Shown here piece after piece: positions 36,150-47,760 of a stretch of 55,310 bases of DNA. The position numbers and the translations under genes are program-made. The notes below the pieces were generated by a model. That model had not been told where the DNA came from. It ran no database searches and saw nothing but the letters and a program-made list of their open reading frames with translations. The DNA comes from Nemertoderma westbladi (taxonomy: Eukaryota; Animalia; Xenacoelomorpha). Location of the stretch: contig JAUCBJ010009079.1 of the NCBI GenBank assembly GCA_032718475.1, positions 1 to 55,310 on the forward strand, given 5' to 3'. Positions within the stretch are counted from its first letter, which is position 1. The number at the start of each line of letters is the position of its first letter.

Positions 36150-38085
36150 TATAACTTCAGGGATAATGACTGTAGAAAGGGTCTAATGCCACGGTTAACG
36201 AAAACAGTTTCTATTTATATGGCCATTTCATCCTCACGGACGTCTTCAGTAAATAAATTAAAATAACATTAAAACACAATTTATAAACCTAAACCATAAT
36301 ATTAAATTTAACGTACGGTACAACCAATTATTATGCCACCAAATTCCGATATACACAGTATGATAGGATGTATTAGATTAACATATTTAGATTTATCATA
36401 ATACTGTATGTAGGCCTAGAGATATAATTGTAGGCTACAAGTGTTGTTAAGGTATTAGACGTTCAATATTAAATTTAAAAAATTAAAAATAAAAATAAAA
36501 AAGGGTGCTAAATGAAGAGGTGTAAAAAGGGTGGGTAACGTTAAAACCATTAAATGATTAAAAATAGTTAAAAATTGTTGGTTCCAATATTAAGTCGTTG
36601 AGTTACAAATTTACAAATAAAAGTGAGGCTGGTAAAAGGGTAAAAAAATTCTAAAAAAATGTTGGTTCTGAAACAAAAAATCATTTAAAAATATATTTAA
36701 AAGAAGGGAAAGAATACCTAAGCCATAAAATTGAGGGGGATAAAAGGACACATATTACTGTTACTAAATAAAAGGAATCCCTACAAGATTACATATTACA
36801 ATTTTTAAAAAAGTTTTTGTTTTGGTATTTCCTATTGAATACTAATATGTTCGGCTATAGTACGTACATTATAGCTGGCTGACACAATGTATATTACAGC
36901 AAGGGTAGAGCGTACTGCACAGTTAATTAATTATTAGAGGTGGTGTGAGTTTGTTACATCCAAATGTTAGGTGGGGGCGAGCCATCGGGTCGAAGTTTCA
37001 TTCTATAGAAGTGGTACCAGTTTATTGAGGGGTGGGCGGTGGCAATTAATGAGTAATGCTTCAGTATGAATACGACGCTGGTGGTTACGAAATTGCTGGA
37101 CGCATGTTACTTCATAATTATTACAGCTACTGAAATGTTGAAGCAATCTCTCGGGGCAAATACCACACCCTGGTTTGCCATTCCACAGGGAGGGTGTCGC
37201 AATGGAGTCAGATATGAGGCCCATCACCCATATCTACTCTGGCGTACATGACCCACCATTGACCTAGAATACCTGACCTGACCAATAGCAATATCCAATA
37301 GCACCTCCGGGTCAGTTGTTGTCACAGTACATATCGGCTTGTTGTTCTTTATTGCCTTATCCAGAGCTTTCCTGTAGCTGTTGATGTTCTCCCGATGTTT
37401 ATTGAGCCTCTTGTGCAGACGTTGTTCAGTTTGACCGAGGTAGTATTGATAGGGGTGAGTTTTACATTTAATGGTATAGAGAATGTTGCTGGATTTACAA
37501 TCAAACCTCCCGATGATTGGCTCGCCCCATTGTGTCTCTTTCATATCCGTAATTGCCAAGCAGGTGAGGCAGCGGGGTTGCAAACATGGATGGTTACCTG
37601 GAGCTGTTTGTGGTTCCTGTTTACGTATTAGAAGCTTTCCCAAAGTAGGTGCATTTCGTGGGACAGTTTGTAATGTTACACCAAGGTGCTGAACTCGTCT
37701 GTTATGCCGACGCACAACTTTGCTGAGGGTAGGGATAAATTGTGGTGTCGTTGACAGATAGAAACGTTGGGTAGGAGGTTTTATGTTGTTTTGTTGATTG
37801 GTATGGCTTGGTGAATGCGGAAAGTCCTGATCGTGTTCGGCGGCAGTGAATGTTGAACGTTGGGGTGGGTCCCACGCATACAAACTTAAAAGGAAGTTCA
37901 AGGGGTATCCTCTGAGTTTACACTTTTCGAGATATAAATGCCTTTGTTGTTTGAAATGATTTGTTGAATCCGTTAGTCGGCGAATGCGCAGCAGTTCAGC
38001 TCGAACTATGGCTAGCAAGGATGGTTTGTGGTGGAAGCTTGAGTATGCGATGGGTAGTTTATTAGACATTGGTTTCCTATATATT
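36150..38085 (-). pseudogene. Inverted partial copy of the Penelope 3' half (RT thumb, GIY-YIG, 3' UTR)
   Basis: Translation from IYRKP to the GIY-YIG domain is nearly identical to the 49576 ORF; it lacks 320 bp present in the right copy. Confidence 0.9.
36213..36254 (-). ncRNA. Minimal type I hammerhead ribozyme (inverted copy)
   Basis: Reverse complement of 52441-52482. Confidence 0.85.
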
Positions 38086-38546
38086 GGTTTCCTGACTGCG
38101 GCACAAGATGAGGTGCTTGGGCTCGGTTTCAGTTTTATACCACATACGGGGACTACGGGAACCCAAATTTTTGAAGCGAAAGTGGACGTTGGTATAGCAG
38201 CTACGAAACTCAGACACCACAGCAAACGTTTCAATAATACCCTCCCTGTAGTTGATAAAATAAACCATACACCAGCCAAGCCCACAATCACCCAGTTCCA
38301 AGCAAATAACATAGAAAATGAAACACCACGCGTGGCCAGACATAGACCACGAGCAATGCTACCCACAGGCAGACGCTGTCTTTTCCAAACAAATGTAACC
38401 CCAACTTCACATACCAATGTAATTAATATTAATACCCAGGGTGCCAAAGTCACAGCCACAGGGATAACACCAAGCGGTATTTCTTCACCACCCTTACCGC
38501 ATCAACCGGATGCTACCACAACGCCCCGTAGCAACAACTCCCAACC

Positions 38547-39781
38547 TGTAAAAGCTTCTGTGGGATATAACTGGCCCCTTTGCTTCGCAATCCAGTTTCC
38601 CCCCAGGCGCTGGAATACTCTAAAAAGGTTCTCTAACTGTATATATATTCCCTTCGCCCGCAAGGTACCGTTATAGGTGTTTTAACGGACATAAAAGTCA
38701 TTCTGCTATATACGTGTTTTGGCGGACATGGTAAGGCAAAAACCTGCAATGCACCAAATACCTTTCACAGCTTAGCCGTGATGATTCAGATTGCGACATC
38801 TAGCAGCTGGTTGCTGGCATGGAAACAGCCATTGGACGCATGGTTCTTTGTTTGGCTTGAGCCAATCAGAGCGATTTTTTCTGTCGACGTGTAGATATTC
38901 GGTCGATCATACTAGGAGTGTCAGTCTTACTGTTTTTTGTGATACTTTGTGTTGTTGCTATCTAGGCCAGGAACAACGGCTCTAGAGTCAATTAGTTTTC
39001 ATACTTTAGAAGAAACATTAGTAGGCTTAAGATTAAGGAGCGTATAACTGTTATCGGTCCATATCAGTACATTGTCATATCATATCTTAACCTACCGTCT
39101 TAATAGTTTGCTGTTGTTTGGTTGAATATTATTTGGAGAACATTTATAAAGAACCCAAATTTCCCAATTTTCTTGATACACTACAGGTTAGAGAGACGGG
39201 TTATATATAGCGATTGCGACTTATATTATTGTGGTTTGTAGTGAATTTAATGCTATTTGATAAGCACTACATGAATCTGTTGCTGTTCTCTTTATATATG
39301 ATAAAATTCATTGACGGTCGGCAAATTAGTGAGCAGTATTGTGTGTTACCGGTAGTGTGCATGATTGTGACTGATAACTAAGCATTTCCTAAAGAATGCG
39401 CCTCATACGTGAATCATAAGCCTTACCGACTTACCGTTGTGATTAGTATAAGTCATATCTCGGTTTACTTAGATAGAGCGCCACGTCCTAAAGGAACTGT
39501 TAATATTTCCCGAAAGTAAATAATATTAGTCAGAAATTAATTATTAACGATCAATCGAATAATACAGTACAGTAAGCTTACACTGCAATAATAATCTAAG
39601 CCCTCAGAATCCAGTCTCCCGGGAATATCCAGCGGGTGAATGGACGCGCACTAGGCTGGCTTCTGCTAATGTTGTGTTTATTGGTATTAAATATTTGTCA
39701 TCTTCTAAAGTATATTTATAAACCAAAAGACATATAAATTTTGGCAGGTTAAACTGCTAAAGGTCTTCAAAAGCGCGTACA
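38547..39781 (+). repeat. 5' LTR of BEL-B (1235 bp)
   Basis: TGTAAAAG...GCGTACA; the last 207 bp recur at 48876-49082. Confidence 0.85.
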
Positions 39782-39846
39782 ATAACAGTTATTGACTTTA
39801 TTGCAGTAAGCAATAAAGTTGAAAGTACCGGTCAACCGGTAAACCT

Positions 39847-41910
39847 GAACCGGTACTTCTGTAGGTCAGTAGGCCCAACTGCCAGAACCGGTACTTCTGT
39901 AGGTCCGTAGGCCCAACTGTCAGAACCGGTACTTCTGTAGGTCCGTAGGCCCAACTGTCCTAACCGGTACTTCCAGTATAAGTACATTAGTATTATTCGA
40001 TTTTGATTATTGTATACCGGTAGGTCTTAGTATTTAATCAGAGACTGCAGCCCTGGTTTTTTATTGAGATTTTACTCATTTCTGTCGGTTTTATTTACAT
40101 GTAAGTTAATATTGAGCTGAAGACGTGTAAGTCTGCTCAGATTGTTCAGATAATTGTAGGCCGGACTGTTGTCGGATTGTTGTTGGGTTTGGAGAGATTA
40201 CTGCGTGTGTAGAGTTTGTCCGATAGAGTGCCAGTTAGTAAGTTGGGGCAGCCATAGCTGTAAGGTCAATCCCCTCTTAAAGAATAAGTCGTACTACCGT
40301 GTTAGAACGCATACTAACTAACAATTTTGGAATCTGCACATACTGTAGTTTATTTAGGCTTGACAGTATTCTGTCAGCGCTTTGACCTGTGTTTGTTTGT
40401 GTGGTCTGTTCAGGTACCGTAATAGTTATTACTCAGATATTTTGTAGGCTGGATTGTTGTCTAGCTATTATTAGGTCTGAAGAGATTGCTGCTTGTGTAG
40501 AGTTTGTCTGATAAAGTGCCAGTTAGTAAGTTGGGGCAGCCATAGCTGTAAGGTCAATCCCCTCTTAAAGAATAAGTCGTACTACCGTGTTAGAACGCAT
40601 ACTAACTAACCGTTTTGGAATCTGCACATACAGTAGTTTATTTAGGCTTGGTGGTAGTCTGCCAGCGTTTGGTTTGTATTTTGTTTGAGTATTCTGTACG
40701 GGTAGCGTAGTATTTATTATTCAGAGTTTATGCGATTATTCGCAACATTCATGTCCCCAAGTTTATTCCTACAGTAATTGTGTTTGTTACACATACCGTT
40801 ATAGTTAAATTAACCCCGGTACTACACGGGCTGCTTGGCGTAGGACAAGACTGGTGACTTTGTGCTTCGGTCACTCCAGCAGATGCTGTGGTTCTTTTAA
40901 CTGTTCAAGTATATTTAACTACTGATTATTTGTTGTACCAGTACTTGTACCTAATTTAGGGTTTAGTGTACAGTGCTTTCCGAAGTAATTAGTGTGTAGG
41001 CAGTATATTTGTGTTGTAAAGTGGTTAATAGGCACGCTGGATCTGGTAGTCCGCGGTAATTAACTTCTAGGTAGGAACACTCCGTGATACATAACGTAGT
41101 ACCTATAGCGATACGGCTATAGGTCGTCAGGCGGTGGTATTTTCCTATCTGGACAGTGCAATATATTTACTACTACTTATTGTTTCAAATACCGTAGTAC
41201 CCTGTCCGTTATAATAACCAGAATTCTAACCCTTTGTTAGGCTGGTTTGTAGACTTCCTGTAAAATTACCCTAAAATTTCGTACGTAATATTTTGTTGTG
41301 TTTAATTAGAGAATTAATCTCACCCGTATCGTAAGTAATTTGTAGTATTAAGTAACTTAGGAAAATTAGAATTATCTGTTTTAGTGTCAAATAAGTAGCA
41401 CTCCACTGAGAGCGCACAGCTTCTGTGTAGTGACCCCAGAAATAATAACATTTATTTCAATATTGTAACAAAAACCCCTTTTAACGGGTATATATCTATT
41501 ATAAATCAACTCAAACGATTTATAAATAGTAGGCCTGCCATACAACAACTAGGTCTCAATATCAGTTGGACTACTGCTTAAATAACGGTAATAAGTAAGT
41601 TAAAGTAACCAAGTAACCCTAAAATATTCAGAAATTCAATTATTCTAAAATAATTGACATACCGGTATTTACCATAGGCTTATTATATTTATTTCTATAA
41701 ATTTGAGCTGAAATCATACCGGTATTCTGTAATTAATTCTAGTCCAAAATTATACTTATATACTATAAGTGTAAGCTGTATACCGGTATTCACGATAGGC
41801 CTATTATATATTTATATATATTTGTGCTAAAATTATATACCGGTACTCTGTGACAAATCTAGTCTGTAATAATACTTATATATATACTATAAGCATACCG
41901 GTATTCTAAT
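39847..41910. repeat. Tandem repeats in the BEL-B 5' UTR
   Basis: 38-bp unit x3 (39847-39973), ~300-bp unit x2 (~40130-40725), ~120-bp unit x2 (~41650-41910). Confidence 0.8.
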
Positions 41911-42041
41911 ATATTATATATATATCACGCTACACTGAGTAGCAGCATCGGTAATTAATTATTAGGTTAACAGCGATACTGAATTACTAGACTTGCTTTA
42001 ACTGTATTTATAGCCGTAGGCATTCAACTGTGTAAACAAAC

Positions 42042-45000
42042 ATGTCAGACACAACCCAATCACTGTCGGATAGTCTCTTAGAAAGTGTTAGAATGACTGT
42101 TAGACAGTGCCTTAAAAAGATCAGTGACCCAGATCCAAGTATAGAACATCCTAGACCCAAGTCTAAGGCACCTACTATTGTAAAAAAGGCCATCCCTACA
42201 GTAGTAGTGTCAGACCCTAGGCTAGTAGAACAAGGTAGGTCTATCATCGGCACTCGGGCCCAAGTCAAGCGGGATCAAGAAGCAGCTGTCAAACAGCAGC
42301 AACATCCTAGCCAAGAACCTAGTTCTCAGCGGCCCGATAGCTCCAGTAGTTCGGATACTGCTGAGCGGACGCCCGCACACGGAGCGAAGATGGCGGATAC
42401 GGTTTATGATGAGTGGCCAGCCTTTGAAGAATCAACCGACGCCACTTCTTCTCAAGTGGAAAGCGAAGTGGAAAGCGAAGTGGAAAGCGAGTTAACAGCA
42501 GAGAAGCCGCGAACTAGAGACGCCATTGACATCTATCTGTCAGACTATCAGCGATTCCTAGGAGACGAAGAGTTGAGGAGACAACTGTCTGGACTTCGCC
42601 CTAATAGTGAAGGAACCAAGCTTGTGTTGGACGCAATCGATGCGGAAATGTTAGCTGCAAACCAAGCTGAATTTGATGAAAAACTCCGCCTCACTAGAGT
42701 CCAAGAAGAACAAGTAAAGAAAAGACGGATAGAGGAACAAAGGGCGGCGGCCATGGCAGAAGCAGAAGCGGAAAGAAAGGCAGCGGCGGCAGAAGCAAAG
42801 GCGGAAAAGGCAGTGGCAGAAGCAGAACGGAGAGCGTCTGAGCAGACTACCCAACTGGAGTTGGAAAATCTGCAAGAGACGCAAGACAAAATAAATAAAC
42901 AGTTAACTGCTAGTCAAATGCAGATGATGAGACGATCTACTCCCAAGCGCCAAGGATACACATCATCGGAGGAAGGCGAGACCACCGATCCTGAAGGCGG
43001 AAGAAATAGATCTCGTCTAAGCAGGCGTAGAAAAACATCTCACCGTCACAAATTGCCTGATTTGCCCCCAGCGGTTAGAAGACAACTAGCTAGCACAGAT
43101 TTAGGTAGTACAGAACCCACAGAACAAATTATTCAGGTCAAAGGACTCCCTACAATAGTTGATGAGCCTGAAATAATTGGGCCTGTCATTCCCAAAGCCA
43201 CTCCTGTGCTAGAGACCCCTGTACTTCCAGAGCTTAACTCTAAATTTCCTTTACACAGTACTACACTGCCTGTACCCGGTAGAACAGTCCATGAGAATAT
43301 CCCTGTCCTGGAAGCTGAGAGAGAAATCAAAGATTTGTCTCCCGTCGTCCCACGTCAGCCCGCTACAATGTTGGCGACTCCCGCTTCGGCGGTCGAGTGG
43401 GTAGAAGAGGGACGGCGGGGGATGAATCTCCTGCTCGGACAGATGCAGGAGACTGCCCACCAACTTAAGGGAACAGTAAGGGAAGGCAGGGCCGAATTGC
43501 AAGAAGTGCAGCAAAGTATCGCTCTAGAACGCGACAAATTAGTCAATATACAAAAAGCGATACCAATACCCCCTGTAACATTGTGTCAACCTGTTAGGTC
43601 TGAAGTATTACATGCGCAAGGTGTGGAGCCTACACGCATCTATACTGCTAGTGAAGTAGAAACTCCTATAGCAAACCCTATTAAGGGTGATTATAGACCT
43701 GTTATTAATGATATTCCCTATAGACCTGATAATGATCCGAGAAATTTATATACCGATAATTCGATATTAAATAACACGATGGCCCAAGAAAGCTTTACGC
43801 GTCAGATGGCTAGAACAGAAGCCCGCCAAGCGGTTAAAGTGGGAGAGATCGTCAAATTCAATGGAGATGAGATGAAATGGCTACCTTTCAATGAATACTA
43901 CAAAGATAGCATACAAAACTCTGTACTATCTAACGGAGAGAAACTTAGGTTCCTCATCAAATGCTTGGAAGGACCTCCCAGGTTAATGGCGTTAAAGTTT
44001 ATTGGACATCCAGAAGGATTAAGACAAGTATGGGATACATTAAACATCAGGTATGGTAACAAAGATAACATAGCTAAGTATTTGTATGCAAAATTAGTAG
44101 CCCCCCGACACTTCCTTAGTAGCGGGATTATAGAGTTTTCCGATGAGATTCAAGAGATCTGTAGACAATTGGACTGGTTAGGTAAGTCGCATGAATATCA
44201 GAGTTCCATGGTTATTGGAGCCGTAGTCTCTACTTTACCAAAGGGTGGAGTATGTACACGCTGGGACAAGAAAGTGTTGTACATGAATGAACAACAACGA
44301 CGAAGTCCTACCATGGCTGATCTCATGTCCTTCTTAGATAGTGAAGTAAAATTACAACTCATAAAGCAGTCCAGAGAGAAAACATCGGAAAATAAGGTAA
44401 GTGAGAAACCCGTTTCTAGGAGAAGGATAATACCAGTGTGTTACACTGACGACGGCGAAAGCCAAGCTTCTCAAGAAGAGGACAGCGGGAAAGACACAGC
44501 AAAATCTTACTATGACAACAAGACCTATAAAGACGTAAGTAAATACAAGTCTCGAACCAGTGACAGGAGAGAACAGATAACAACAACTCCTCCTACGTCT
44601 CCTAAGAGAATTCACGGAAGAAAGCCCGAAGAAAGAACGAGAGTGCATAACGTTACCCAAGGTAAGGTGAGTAACATCAAACCAAAATGTGCGCTGTGCG
44701 ACGGGCCCCACCTTTTGAGTGCGTGTGCTGAATTTCTAAAGAAATCCCTTGTAGACAGACGTACAGTCCTGTGGAATAAACGGTTATGCTATAATTGCCT
44801 CAGATCAGGACACCAACGGCGAACCTGTTACTCCGACGTAAAGTGTGCAAAGTGTGGCGCGAAACATCACATCTTGTTACACAGTGAGTTCGAACGAGAC
44901 AACCCGAGTCAGGTAAGTGAGCCCGAACTACATGTCCAATTCAGTGATGTAAATGACACTGATCAAGAATCTGAGATGGAAGGATTCTATACGGACGAAT

Positions 45001-46121
45001 TCTCCGACGCCAACGAATCCTGTTACTTAATAAATACCGCAGTGTATCGAGCACTTACGCATGAAAAGGACACCGACAATGAGTTCCCCCCAACTACCTT
45101 TGACAGACAACCATCTTGGAAAGCTCCAACTTCCAACAGAGGAATCAGAGAATTTTCTGTAGTGCAGGTAAGAGTTCACGGTCCTAACAAAAGTTACATA
45201 GTGAACGCCCTCCTTGACTCCGGCAGCACAGGAACATTCATCGATCAAGAACTAGCCGAAGATATCTTTGCTGGACAACCCAAATTCCGGACTAAATTGA
45301 ATATGTCAGGAATTATGCAGGTTTGGAAATCTACCCTAACGGCAGATTACTATGTAGGTGTGTTGTCCACCCCCCAGGATAACTTAGGAGCACAAGGTAT
45401 AAGGTCGGTAAAAATGGTGGCTATAAAGAACTTCGCTACTACTCAAGCAGACCTTTATAATTGGGACGAGGATGAGAGCATCCAACATCTTAAGATACCT
45501 CGATTCCAGACAGATTATCCTGGAGTGCAAATACTCATCGGCCAAAACGCGCATGAGGCGCTCGAGACATTGGAGAAACGGCCTGCTCAACCGCAGCCAC
45601 TACAAACCTATGCGGTAAGAACTAGAGTAGGTTGGTACTTCACTGGCCCTTCCCGTAGAACTCTCAAAGAGAGATTACCTCAACAACAGGTATACCAAGT
45701 AAAGGAATGGGAAGTGGAGAGCAGTGATGTGGACGATCCAACTGAGGGAACACCATACTCCTCAGATAATGACGATATTAACTCCAATGAAGATCAATGG
45801 AGACATTGCCTTGGGACGATTAATCCAGCCGACATCGCTTCCAGAGGAGCAACTCCTCAAGAACTGATAGATACTCCAGGCTGGTTAGGTGGATCCGACT
45901 CCTTAAGTAAAGAAGAAGAAGAATGGCCTCCTCATCTTACCACGACGGAGCGTAGACAGGCCAAGGGAGCGGAGAAAGAAACACAACAACTCAATCGCCC
46001 AGCTAGTCATTTATGTTTACTGGAAAGAGACCGAAAACTGTCCGGAAACTATGGAAGGCAAGATACTCTTCCTACGACCACTTCCCTAATCCGACAAATA
46101 TCTAGGGACTCCATAACGTAA
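42042..46121 (+). CDS. Bel/Pao Gag-protease fused in frame to an RNase H C-terminal remnant; no RT or integrase
   Basis: Knuckles CALCDGPHLLSAC, CYNCLRSGHQRRTC, CAKCGAKHHILLH; protease ALLDSGS; then WRHCLGTINPADIASRG. Confidence 0.9.
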   Translation: MSDTTQSLSDSLLESVRMTVRQCLKKISDPDPSIEHPRPKSKAPTIVKKAIPTVVVSDPRLVEQGRSIIGTRAQVKRDQEAAVKQQQHPSQEPSSQRPDSSSSSDTAERTPAHGAKMADTVYDEWPAFEESTDATSSQVESEVESEVESELTAEKPRTRDAIDIYLSDYQRFLGDEELRRQLSGLRPNSEGTKLVLDAIDAEMLAANQAEFDEKLRLTRVQEEQVKKRRIEEQRAAAMAEAEAERKAAAAEAKAEKAVAEAERRASEQTTQLELENLQETQDKINKQLTASQMQMMRRSTPKRQGYTSSEEGETTDPEGGRNRSRLSRRRKTSHRHKLPDLPPAVRRQLASTDLGSTEPTEQIIQVKGLPTIVDEPEIIGPVIPKATPVLETPVLPELNSKFPLHSTTLPVPGRTVHENIPVLEAEREIKDLSPVVPRQPATMLATPASAVEWVEEGRRGMNLLLGQMQETAHQLKGTVREGRAELQEVQQSIALERDKLVNIQKAIPIPPVTLCQPVRSEVLHAQGVEPTRIYTASEVETPIANPIKGDYRPVINDIPYRPDNDPRNLYTDNSILNNTMAQESFTRQMARTEARQAVKVGEIVKFNGDEMKWLPFNEYYKDSIQNSVLSNGEKLRFLIKCLEGPPRLMALKFIGHPEGLRQVWDTLNIRYGNKDNIAKYLYAKLVAPRHFLSSGIIEFSDEIQEICRQLDWLGKSHEYQSSMVIGAVVSTLPKGGVCTRWDKKVLYMNEQQRRSPTMADLMSFLDSEVKLQLIKQSREKTSENKVSEKPVSRRRIIPVCYTDDGESQASQEEDSGKDTAKSYYDNKTYKDVSKYKSRTSDRREQITTTPPTSPKRIHGRKPEERTRVHNVTQGKVSNIKPKCALCDGPHLLSACAEFLKKSLVDRRTVLWNKRLCYNCLRSGHQRRTCYSDVKCAKCGAKHHILLHSEFERDNPSQVSEPELHVQFSDVNDTDQESEMEGFYTDEFSDANESCYLINTAVYRALTHEKDTDNEFPPTTFDRQPSWKAPTSNRGIREFSVVQVRVHGPNKSYIVNALLDSGSTGTFIDQELAEDIFAGQPKFRTKLNMSGIMQVWKSTLTADYYVGVLSTPQDNLGAQGIRSVKMVAIKNFATTQADLYNWDEDESIQHLKIPRFQTDYPGVQILIGQNAHEALETLEKRPAQPQPLQTYAVRTRVGWYFTGPSRRTLKERLPQQQVYQVKEWEVESSDVDDPTEGTPYSSDNDDINSNEDQWRHCLGTINPADIASRGATPQELIDTPGWLGGSDSLSKEEEEWPPHLTTTERRQAKGAEKETQQLNRPASHLCLLERDRKLSGNYGRQDTLPTTTSLIRQISRDSIT

Positions 46122-47760
46122 TAACATATGGAGTGGGCGTGTGACCATATCATTTTATATTTGTTTTTATTTTATATTTATGTATGTATTATTATGTAAT
46201 TTTATTATAATCGTTTTCTTTAATTTTATTTAGTAGAATGTTCTTTTAGTGATTATTTAGTAGATTAGTGCAATATATTAGTGTTTATTACGTACGTAAT
46301 TACTTATAATATATATTTAGTGCGACGGCGAGAAATAATTATTTTTTCTCTTTCCTTACTGTCCGTATCATATTATAAATACGTGACTACAGTAAGATGA
46401 AATGTCCGTACTTATTAAAGTACAATAAAGCTCCTACTATACTTAAGTATTATTGGTAGGCAGAGTATTAGGAATGCAAAGTTCAGATCCTCGTGTCTCG
46501 GCTAAACCAAGCTCTGGGTAGACCTTGGAAACGACTTGCCTCTTCACACTGACATTGCTTCGTGCGATATTGCTCTTCTACCTTATATTAAATAATACAT
46601 ATAGTAGCGTGATGTCCCTCTAACAGTAGCGTAAAACGCAAATAAATCTGTTCAACTTTGACCATCTGTAATTCTAGTCGATTAAGATATCGCGGCACCC
46701 ACCGATATACTTGAAAGACAAATTCTAGAATCAATGGTTAACGTCCCCAGACAAGTTCTGGAATAAATCGGTGCCCATCTTAAATATTAATTTAATATTT
46801 ATTAAAATCTGTAAAATTCAGATCCGTTAACAATTCTAGTCGATTAAGATATCGTAGCACTTACCGACACTTACCGATACTCTTAAAAGACAAATTTCAT
46901 AGAATTAAGGATCCTATGTCCCCAGACCTGCTCTGGAATCAAATTGTGTCAATTTTAACATCAAATAATAAAATTCACGGGAATAAATTTAAATTCATAT
47001 TTTAAATGAATTTCATAAATTGTCATTTTGTACAATTTATAACATTCCCAAAATTCCATTAATTAATAGATCATGGGAGCGGAGATTCATCCTATTGAGT
47101 GTATTAGAGTGCGAGAATCTCCAACATATAGCCAATAGTCGATAAAATTAATAAAATCATGCATAAAGAGGATATTGACAATTAAAGAATTATTATTAAA
47201 TAGCATCCCAGATCTGTATGCATGCGAATTACCCTAATTCTACCGCTAGCGTTCCATAATGTCACCATAGCAACACCCACGCTAGAATTAGAAGCAAGTT
47301 AAAAGAAAAATAGAAAGCTTGTCCCATTGCATAGCATAGAGAATACATAGCACACTGTTAGTATCCAAGGATACACAGTAATAACGTGACATTCTGGAAG
47401 GCACTGACTAACGGACAAATGGCCTGTATGTGTACAATTGGTGACAGTTGTATGGAATTTGTGCGTTTGTAGGTGAATGTTACTGCTAAGGTGTGTTTAC
47501 AGTAGCTAGTCGCAATTGTGAAAGTAGCCCAACTCTCCTATAGAAAGAACCTAAAGTGGATTCAAGCCTTTGGGACGGACAGTGGAGTGACTTGTGCCGG
47601 TTATCGTTGTCGTGCTGTTGCTACATGTTGGCGTTAACACCGCGACGACGGTACATCGGCGCTGAGAATCCCACTGTCCGGGGGCAAAGAGAAGTAGGCA
47701 GCGACGTCCGCTCGCCTAAACATAAACTCATTTCGATATTAATAAACTCAGATAGCAGGT

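Noticed and set aside
37224-38676. ORFs 37224-38459 (-) and 37984-38676 (+) as independent genes
   Set aside because: Chimeric frames reading across the Penelope inversion junction (the + ORF also runs into the BEL-B LTR).
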